Below, piece after piece: positions 50,352-61,000 of a stretch of DNA of 64,000 bases. The DNA is from Macrostomum hystrix. Its lineage: Eukaryota; Animalia; Platyhelminthes. The position numbers and the translations under genes were made by a program. Position 1 is the first letter of the stretch. Each line of letters opens with the position of its first letter. The notes under the pieces are model-generated. The model worked only from the letters and a program-made list of their open reading frames with translations, was not told the origin of the DNA and did no database searches. The stretch covers positions 1,860,001 to 1,924,000 of the forward strand of contig CATNEN010000001.1 in NCBI GenBank assembly GCA_950097015.1. The letters are read 5' to 3'.

Positions 50352-52000
50352 TTAAGCTTTTCCTTATACCAACCTTTAGTAATTTTTTTCTCTTTATCAA
50401 ATCTTTGGTTTCTGGTTTACCATTTTGAACGCAATTTCTGCAGAACGTTTTTGTGAAAATGTGTTTTTTATCTTACTTTATTTTGATTCGCCGAAATTTC
50501 CTGCTAGAAACCAAAGATTATTTTGTTAAATAATAATCGTCTTACTTGTAAAAACTGTTTTGCGAAATAAGCCTAGCTAGTTTTATCGTACAAAAAATAA
50601 AAAAATGAATCAAATGTGTAAGACTCTTTCAGACTACTGGAACAAGCGCGTCAGTAGTATTATTAGGTTATCAAAGTTTTTAATCCATGATGTGGTAAAA
50701 TTATTGGAAAATGATTAGAAATCCTTCGTCCTTCGTTTAAAGTTATCCTTTGTTTTCTTTTTGTTGGCCCAAGTCAACGTAATTTTTGTAAACCTCTGCT
50801 TAGTACCTCTTTATTAGTCCCAAATATTTAAACCTATTGGACTACGCTTTTTATATTATTATTAAAATTTATTGTTTTCCTTACGTGACACTGACTGTCG
50901 CTTTTGCTTAAATGCATCGCAATCATTTCTTTTCCATAAATCGATAGATTTTGCTTCTGCTCTTTGTTTTCAGGTCTTTGTCTCCTGGTTTTCTGTGTAT
51001 TTAAAGTTTTTCAATGCGCTTTTTTCTCGCACAAGCTTAAATTTGTCCAACATATAAACTTACCCTTCATTGTTCAAATTAACTTATTTGCCGGATTAAA
51101 TTAGTAGTAAGTATTAAATAGTAAATAAATTGCCAATTTAGTATCGTTGGTGTCGTTTCGTCTTTTTTACTATCATTTCTTCGCTTGAAATTCTGAATTA
51201 GAAATATGTATAGTATATTTAATAACAAGAAATATATGATTATGCGATTTTTGGTAAAGCTTTTTTTAACGCTTTTGTGGCTAGCCGTGTATGCCTTTTT
51301 GTTATTTTATTTTAGGTTTTAGCTAGTGACTTGAGCAAGTATATGAGTTTGTCTAGCTGGGTCAAAGCGTAGTATGAGTCTCTTATTCCGGAATTTGTAA
51401 TTCAGGGGATTTGTAATTTATGGAATGTGCAAAAAATGACGGCATTTTAGAATCTCTTAACACTCCTTTAATCCACTAATGATTGAAATTATTAATGATT
51501 AATTCTGATTGAGTTAGATTCAAAGTCATTAGTTATTCGTTAAAATTTTAAATTATTCTTTTGGCGGGACCGTATAATTTTAAAACTAAGACTAGAATTA
51601 ATGCATTTGCATAACGCTTCTAGGCCTAGTTTTTCTCCAGGGTGCCGGCAGCCCTCGAGCCCTTACCCTCATTATTAATTTGGCAGGCCAGAATTGCTTA
51701 AAAACTGCTGAATCATGGAATTTTATATTAGTCACGTGACGCAGGGTCTAGTCTGGTCTAATTGGGCCCACACCCCAATTCCAGTAGCCTGCCGTTCCGT
51801 GTACACTCGCACTGTACATTGAATGTGGGTTGGGGGGTTTGTCTGGCAGGCAGGCAGGCAGGCAAGGACAGGCAGGGGCAGGCAGAGTCCGTTATATTTA
51901 TTTTGCGGAACACGCGTCCATACCCATAAAGCGAGGAGGACCTCTCACTTTAGCACCCTCGGCTATATAGAAGCCAGCTGTCTTTCGTGTCTAGATTAAG

Positions 52001-52357
52001 ATGACCCATTCTAACTTAATTTTGATAAGCCTTGCTATGAGTATGATTATGATCATTGTGTTGTTGTATTGCGTCGTGCAGACTTCAAATCGCTGGTTTA
52101 TAAATAACAGCTCTAGGTGCAAAGGACCAGATAGTTGTAGAACTCTGATTTCCAAACGAAATCAAAAGCTATGTGTACCAGCAAAGTATCCCTTGGACAA
52201 GGTAAGATTTTATTTATGCTGCGATGATCATTCGGGCAGATTGCTGTGCATCGATTGATTCTTACCCGTTCCGAAATTCCACCTATATAAGACGCAAAGT
52301 TATATTTGTTGATTCACCATTGCGTATCAGACTGTGCATTTGTATTGCTTTGGCTAA
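52001..52357 (+). CDS. Candidate small secreted cysteine-containing peptide precursor, 75 aa, 2 exons
   Basis: TATA-like CTATATAG at ~51963 and ATG at 52001; hydrophobic N-terminus. Strong donor AAG|GTAAGA after 52201 and acceptor TATCAG| at 52330 join in phase 0 to TVHLYCFG*. No homology recognised. Confidence 0.45.
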
Positions 52358-52760
52358 GCCAAAACTTGGCGACTATGTTTAAACATATAGTTTCGCTAAT
52401 AATGCTTATAAATGCATTTTTTGGTATGCATGCGCAATCATCGCTCTTCGGCGTCAAGTATTAAAACCCTTGCCTTACCTACACATTTTTTATTGATTGT
52501 ACCTCCTCTTGTCCAAACAAGAGGTCGTGAGCTCGCATCTTGGCTAGGTCAAATCTACTAGTGTCATTAAGAAATCGATTTTTCACTATTGCCCTAGTTC
52601 ACCCAGCTGTAAAATACAGTTTAAAATGGTTGAAATTTCATTAGTATCCGTCGTGACAGTCGTGTACACAGCTCTGCACTCGTAGAAAAGGCCGTTTCAC
52701 GAAACCGAAATTTCGGATCTAGCAAGCATTTTCACCACATCAAAATTAAAATTTCAACAG

Positions 52761-53024
52761 TAATTAATAATAATTTATTACACCTGTCTTAATTAAGCCA
52801 GATGTGCAGCCGAAAGCACAGCCACAGCTATTGCGCGGCGCATCTGAAGACTGCTTTCGACTGTTCCGTCCATGGACTGGGGGGACGCCAAACCCACCCT
52901 CAATTACCCATTTAACAGCTGGGTGAACTGAAGCAATGCAGAGTTAAGTGTCTTTGCTAAAAGACACAAATTCTTCCAGTGGAGTCGGGAATCGAACCCC
53001 CGACCTTCAAGTCGTGAGTCCGAC
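52761..53024 (-). mobile_element. tRNA-derived SINE, family 1, copy 2 (inverted); a degenerate plus-strand fragment lies at ~52520-52615
   Basis: The reverse complement has a perfect B-box GGTTCGATTCC and matches 14440-14716 (CACCCAGCTGTTAAATGGG, CCAGTCCATGGAC, GCGCCGCGCAATAGCTG). Confidence 0.85.
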
Positions 53025-55031
53025 TGTGACACAATGCCGAGGTTTCACCCGGGTGTTGTCTGTCCTATAAGTGCGGAATACAATTTTGTTGGAAAGGTTA
53101 TTTGAAGAGCTTTTCTTACAAAAGTTTTCTTCGAGCGCAAGAAATTCAAAGCTTGCTGGAGGCAAAAATCTAAAAAAATCGTATGCCTTGTTTTTTCCTG
53201 ATTGCTAAAAGAAAAGAAAGAAGACCGATTCGAAATTACAGGTAGTACAACAATTTGTCTGCAACAGTTGATTTTTGCAAGGCGGCAACATGAAGTGAGA
53301 AAAGGTAGGATTATTTTTATAAATATATATTTTTTTATTAAATTGTATTTCCTATATTGATTATTGAATTCTTATAAACAGAACAACGGTAGGCGGGCAC
53401 GGGCAGCACAAAAGCGCAAGGGTGTGTAAGAAAATTTACCAACGATGACCTCTGTCTGTCATCTGACTGCTTTGTATAATATATGAGAATAGTAATAAGA
53501 GTAATATTGTACTAGTATACGTATATAGGTATTTACAGCTGACACATTACACGGGGCGGTGGTTAGCAGCAATAATCTAAAAAAGACCAATTCTTGTCTC
53601 CTAGAAAGTTTTTTGTTATTCAAATCTGAGATTTGTTGATCCGCTGGGATATTTCAGGTTAGGATTGCAAAAATAACAGGATTGACAAAGAAACCATTTA
53701 ATCGGGTTAAAAACTGTTGGCTTACGGCTTTAGCAAAGGGATTTGCTGTTTGTGTATTAATGTAAAATGGAGCAGAAAAAAAAGAATTAATAATAATGCA
53801 AGCATGCAAGCATTCGGAAATTTCAAGATAAATTGACTCTATTAAAATTAAATATATTAGCAGTCTATACTACTCACACGCAGTAGGTAAGTAGGCAGGC
53901 TTGGATTTGGTAAAGGGAATTTTTAACTAGTTTGACTTATTATTTGTATTTTAGCAGCTTTATTAAAAAGGACTATTTTTTATGAAATAGCAATAACAAT
54001 ACAGACAGGCAGGAGAGCGACCTAAACAAACAAAATACCAGATACTATTATCAGCGAGACCTCTTTTAGCACCTAGAAATATATAGAACACTACTACTGT
54101 TGCTAATATAAATATAGACTTTTAACAGATTAGACATATGCATACAATAGATTTTATTTTCTGCACCAAGAAACGGAGAGGCGGAGTAGGGGAGCACAAA
54201 AGCTTGCTGCCAAAAAAGGAGAGAAGTATAGTGGGAGCAGGTAGGCCTATTGTTAGGAGTGAAATTTTTGTTAAATGTTACAACAATCGTACGCTCGCCA
54301 TATATAAAACAGTTGAAATTTTCAAAAAATTAGACGAAAAACACAGACAAACAAACAAACAAATAAAAACGGTTGCTTATTGATGTTTTTAAGTTGATGT
54401 TAACAAAAATCAACGAATTGATTTTTAATTAAGGTAAGGTGAACAGGAAATCGAAGCGGATAGGACAATTGACTTGTTAATCTTCTCTCTTGCGTGTGTT
54501 TTTCTTTCTTTAAAAAAGGCAACAAAATTTGTACACTAGACGTAAAAAAGAAAGAATGGAAATGAAGCAACAGAATTTAAACACAAATAGCTGCACGATA
54601 ATAGTAGTATTGTTGTCTGATGCTGTTAGCTTAGCAAATTGAAATTTGCCGCTGTACATTCAGCACGCACTCTCTAAGCAAGTGCCACTTTGAGGATAAA
54701 CTTGCTGCTCCACTGGGCTGCTGCCAGGTAAGAACTAATTAAGACAGCAGGGCGGGCTATAGCCAGAAGGATCTTAAAATAACACAAAAAGTTATAATTG
54801 TAATAAGACAGTTAATTAAATAAATTTGTACAACTTGCACAGAGCAATGCCCAACATAAATAATTATTGTTTGTTTTAACCAGACCAGCATTTTTTGCTT
54901 TTTTATAAACTTCTGTGCTTCTATAAGACAATAATGTATATTATTTAGTAGTTTTATTGTTCGGCATTCTCTTAGTGTTATAGCAACAGCGGACAGCCCT
55001 ACAGATTCTAAACCGAATGGGTCCAATTCGA

Positions 55032-58000
55032 TCAGTTCATCCACTTGCGACACTGGGGCGCGCCGCACATGCACGGAATCTTGCTGGCGTTGTCTTCAAA
55101 GTCGAATTTATAATCGTAGGTCAGCTCTTCGCCTTTCTCGATTCGCCTGCCGGCCACGATGATAATCTTGCGCTCCTTGTCGCATTCGATCATCTCGGCT
55201 GAGCAGTTGGGCTGGCAGCTGTGGTTGATGTAGCGCGCCGGGCCGCCGCTAATGGTGGCGTCGACAATCCAATTGTCGTCGAGGCGGAACATGTAGATGC
55301 CGCGGTTCTGGAAGGCGGGTCGGATAGGCATTAGTAGATTTAGGTGGATTAGTAGGAGATTAGGTAGAATGGATTAGTAGGAGATGAGGTAGGGTGAATT
55401 GGTAGGAGATTAGGTAGGATGGATTAATAGGAGATTAGGTAGGATGGATTAGTAGGACATTAGGTAGGGTGGATTATTAGGACATTAGGTAGGATGGATT
55501 AGTAGGACATTAGGTAGGGTGAATTAGTAGGACATTAGGTAGGATGGATTAGTAGGACATTAGGTAGGATGGATTAGTAGGACATTAGGTAGGATGGATT
55601 AGTAGGACATTAGGTAGGATGGATTGGTAGGAGATTAGGTAGGGTGGATTAGTTGGAGATTAGGTAGGATGGATTAGTAGCACATTAGGTAGGGTGGATT
55701 AGTTGGAGATTAGGTAGGATGGATTAGTAGCACATTAGGTAGGGTGGATTAGTTGGAGATAAGGAAGGATGGATGGTAGGAGATTAGGTAGGGTGGATTA
55801 GTTGGAGATTAGGTAGGATGGATTAGTAGGACATTAGGTAGGATGGATTGGTAGGAGATTAGGTAGGGTGGATTAGTTGGAGATAAGGAAGGATGGATGG
55901 TAGGAGATTAGGTAGGGTGGATTAGTTGGAGATAAGGAAGGATGGATGGTAGGAGATTAGGTAGGGTGGATTAGTTGGAGATTAGGTAGGATGGATTAGT
56001 AGCACATTAGGTAGGGTGGATTAGTTGGAGATTAGGATGGATGGATGGTAGGAGATTAGGTAAGGTGGATTAGTAGGAGATTATGTAAGATGGATTAGCT
56101 GTAAGTAGGGTAAGGTGATGTTTTGAAGGGCAGATTCATATTACATAAAGTATATAGAATAAGGTTGGAATTGGTTAGAGTAGAAATAGTCGTTTTAGAT
56201 GTTTTTTATACATAAGTTCGTTCATACTACTATGCCTTTAATTAAAACAGTAGTATGATTAAATAAATAGTATGTAATTATTTATAACTTTAGAAAAAGT
56301 GAAGTTATTATTAAGACATAAATATAGAACGTTTGTAATAAAAAACAAAAGTACAAAGGAAATTTATTGTAAAAATGAATTATATTTTTGAAATTGTCCT
56401 GTGTCAGTGTAATGACACTGTAAGTACATACTTAGATTAACAAAAATCCCAATTTGCAAGGTATCATAAAAACCCTAGAGACCATTAGAGAGAAGAATTC
56501 CACCTCTAAGCATAGTCGGAGAATTTTGTCATGAACAAGGTAATCGAGAAACTAACCTTATCCCCTCAGGGAAGGCTTTAGGAAAAGATCCCTCCTGGCA
56601 GATAATTGCTTAAAAGATACATTCCCGTAAAATCCAATTGATGGGAGAAATTAAACTTTAGAGTGAAAAAGCAGACGAGAAAACAATTCCCCCAAACTGC
56701 GCTAAATGAATGGTGGGAAAAATTGAGAATAGGAATACTTAGTTCACAGCTAGGAAGAATGGCATTTGAATTTTCTGAATTTGTTAGGATAAAAATGCAC
56801 GCTGGGTGTAAGAAACTGAGCATTAGAAATTATTAACTGACAGCTAACAATGACAGTCTGGGACTAAACACTGAATTATACAACCAGTATCGAATTATTA
56901 AAACCGTATAGGCTTCGTTCTAGGGAAGACTTTAGTGCTTGAGGAGGAGAGGAGTGTATGGAATCTAATCGGATAGATGGGATCAGCAAGGAATAGATAG
57001 GATCGGAGGAAAATCAATTATAGACGTTGGATTTCGGCTAGAAAAAAGCAAAAAAGCAATGTTTACCTGCGACTCGTAGAGTTTCTCGCGTCGATTGCCT
57101 AGCTCATTGCGAATGACCTCGCCGATGTACTCAATCACCATGGCGTGGCGCTCAAGGTCTCTAGCGGCAAACAGGCCCAGTCCTTGGATTCGCGATCGCC
57201 CAAGGTAGACGTTGAGTCGCCATTCGGTTTTTAGGCGTCGATATTGAGACGATTTCGAATGAGTGTACTGTTTAGTGTAGGGCGCCATTTCGCTCAGAGG
57301 ATTGGCCATAGACAGCGGGAGCGAATGTCGACTTCCGGCCGAAGCGCTGCCAGTTTGCAAATGAGCCCTGTGGTTAAGAAATGTGGGTTAGAAATTATTT
57401 AAATTAACTGCTTTCAAGCATTTATTACTGATGTTGAGTGGGGTGGGAGACTGCATTATAGCTTCGCGGAGTGAGGTGGCTGACTTTAACATGACACTGG
57501 GCGGAGTGGGGTGGGTCACTGGAGCGTCACACTTTTTGCGGAGTGAGGTGGCTGACTGTAACATGACACTGGGCGGAGTGGGGGTAGGTGACTGGAGCGT
57601 CACACTTTTTGCGGAGTGAGGTGGCTGACTGTAACATGACACTGGGCGGAGTGGGGTGGGTTACTGAAGCGTCACACTTTTTGCGGAGTGAGGTGGCTGA
57701 CTGTAACATGACACTGGGCGGAGTGGGGTGGGTTACTGAAGCGTCACACTTTTTGCGGAGTGAGATGGCTGACTGTAGCATGACAATTAGCGGGGTGGGG
57801 TGGGGTGGGGTTGGTTGCTGCGACTAGCGCATGACAAAATTACAAGCTTCAACCAGTAATCGATTAAACAAAATATATAGATTTTAGTGCAGCATAATAA
57901 GCGAAACCATAGAGGGATAAATAGATTTAGCCAACGACTAATAAGGTCAAGCGCATGCAAGGCTTTTGTCTATTAAACAAGTCTGAGTTAATTGCCAACC

Positions 58001-61000
58001 CTTGTAAATCACTCGCTTAAACACTCCAAAAAACATAGCTAATGACTAAAAACAAAATCAAATGCTAAAATAAAAAAAATTAATAATTCAACAAACGAAG
58101 ACACTAAACACACAACGAAACAACACAATAAAAAAATGTAATTCCTTCCTAATGCTTTGATGGCCCTCAGAATTTGCAAGTCCATTCGCTGCCATTGCAA
58201 ATAAAACTGGGATTTTTTTCTGGTGTTTTTTGAATCTCGAAAAATATCCCAGGATACCGGATAGTTGGGTAAATGGAAGGGAGGGGATAATCAGGAAAAT
58301 CCCTGGACGAAACGTCAGGCCACGCGCTTAAGCGGGATTTGCCCGATTAAAATAATTCTATTTAGAATACCCGTATTAAAAAATAGAGTTAGACAATAAT
58401 AAACGGAGGAAATTAACAGAAACAGTTATTTAGGATATTGATTGATGGCTGCAATCATTTAGTGAGAAATTAATTATTTTAGTAACAAAATAAACTAATC
58501 TACTTTTAAAAACATCCGGGCAACCAAAAAAAGCAATCAAGCTAACAGAAGGAAATCGAACAAAAAACTATGAAACACATTCAACCAAAGCAGCCTCTCG
58601 AAATAATGTTTGTTTTGTGGCCTATTGTCCGTTTTATGTCAGTTTTTGTTGTTGTGCAAATCTGCAATTCTATTCTGTATGTCTGTAGGTCTGTTCTGTC
58701 TGTCTCTAGGCCGGTTCTGTATTTCTGTAAAGTCAGTCTGTAAGGCTGTTCAGTGTGTCTGGTCTATCTGGCCTATCTGGCAAAGCATTAACGCGGTTGT
58801 CACCTAGTTTGACCGACTCTATCGTCTGCAATCGCCGCCAGTGCTGACGGGGCGGCGGCAATTGCAGAAGCGGAAGCCGAGGAGGCGGCTATGGCGGAGG
58901 CTGCCAAACCGCCAGCAGACGAAGCCGTTTGGGCGACAGTTGTTGAACAGCAACAAATCGGATGGCGTCTGATTTGATCAATCGAATTGTCAGTTTTTTG
59001 TTTTCGAATTATTATCGAACACAAATGAATTCTATTTAATAATTAATTGGGGATTTATAAGACAGGTACAAACCTTCGAAAGTAGGTTCTCATCTTGGGC
59101 TCGGATCTGGCACAGCCAGTCGGATTAATGGCCAGCGGCATCTCAGCAATGAGCTGCATTCGTCCGAATTTGAATGCGTAATCAGTCAGAACGTCCAGGC
59201 CAGGCAGCGACTCCACCGCGCGCAGTACATTTGGCTCCGTCAGGCCGAACATATCCTCACCAGTTAGATGCCTAGGAAATAGTTTTACAAGTCCGGCCGA
59301 GGATCGCAATTTGGCTATTTCGATTAGCAACGGTTGCCACACAGCGTCGCACGCGTCGGCAACTAGTTCGTGCACCGGCTGGCCAGTTTCTTCGACTCGC
59401 ACTCGAAACAGCGGCCCCAAGCCGCCGTCATGTCGCTCCTCGATGGTGCACTGATAGAAGCAGCGTTGGCCAACGGTGACCCGGGACCAATAGACCCTAG
59501 TTGACCAGTAGCCAACGGGATAGACGTGTCGGCTATTGTGATACAGCCCACTGCTAATCTGGGCCGGCAATAGTTGGCCTAAACGACGCAGACGAAGGCC
59601 GCCAATTCGCAGACTGGTGGAATCCGGCTGGTCCGACATTAGCGCCGCCGACACCTTGGAGGAATCGAATTTGGGGAACGGGAAATCTTTGGAAGAATCT
59701 ATATAGTTGAAATTTCGCATCTAATGTTTCTATCCGAAACAAAAAAACGGTATTATATAGTATCCAGTATTATATTATGGAGGTTAGGGGGGATCGGTGG
59801 CAGAGCGTATATCGCATTTCGCTCTCGCGCCAAGGTCCCTGAGCTCGATTCCGCGGCGATCGGCCACATTTATTTGGGGCGCAGCCGCGAAAGGAAGGTT
59901 TGGGAGCTTGTCGTGACATTTACGCCCTTGAGGGCCAACCTACAAGGCACAGTAAGAGTGTAAACTTCTTGACGATGAGAAAGTCAGAGTGGATGTACAC
60001 ACCTGTGTGAGCGTGTGCCTGCGTACAGTACCTGTGTGCGTGTGTGCTCAGGAGTCAGCGAAATGGGCAGAATTGCCTCCTCGCTGGCTGCGGCTCTAGT
60101 TTCACTAAATGATGTGCCATTGCCTGCAACCCTCCAGCAATTATTATTATTATAATCGAGGTTTCGGCCAAGTTTATAAAGTTTCTGACTTCTGACCGGG
60201 AGTCCAGGACGTCGGGAGTTCGAATATCATTTTAAGATGGGTAAAATATATGTGTTATTTAAAAAGATAATTAGGCCCTATTCCCCACTAGTTTCAGTCG
60301 CAGCAGTATTAGCTGTGGCAGTGTTAACATGTACTATTTAAATGTGTACTTTAATGCAGAGCAACGAAATCTATGCAAAAACTGCAGCTAATTTATTTGA
60401 TTTCTATTGTGCTCTCCAGAGCTTAAATTCCAAGTAAAATAAAAAATGCGTGTTAAAAAACTAGAAAAAGCTTATTTCCAATCCTAGGAATTCAATGCAT
60501 TTTGCAGAACGCTAGCTGATAACATTCACCTCAACAATACAATGCCCCTCGAAATGAGAAAATGTTCATTAATAAACCGAGCGTAACAGTTGAAAGGGGA
60601 AAGGATTAATTAAAATCTAGATTTATCCTAATCTGAAGGGATTAAAATAACTATATAAAAGGAGATAGGAAAAAAAATTTTGCGAAAAGAAGTAAATAAT
60701 CCAAAATTAATTGAGAATATACACAGAAAATAATTCATGCAACTACAGGTATCAATGGAGTAGTTACTGCATTTAAGCATGAGCCCAAATATCAAATTTT
60801 CAGCCTAGCAACCGCATAGCAACCGTGATCTTTTTAGCAGTCAAGGTGTCAAGGCTCTAGCTTAGCAATCGCATAGCAACCGTGATCTTTTTAGCAGTCA
60901 AGGCGTCAAGGCTCTAGCTTAGCAATCGCATAGCAACCGTGATCTTTTTAGCAGTCAAGGTGTCAAGGCTCTAGCTTAGCAATCGCATAGCAACCGTGAT

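Noticed and set aside
51900-51960. Minus-strand TCCTCCTCGCT resembling an HDV L3 loop
   Set aside because: No P3 closing strand or other HDV helices can be formed.
59787-59860. Stand-alone tRNA genes at the SINE heads (also 14405-14475 and 52980-53024)
   Set aside because: No complete cloverleaf, and each continues into a repeated SINE body.
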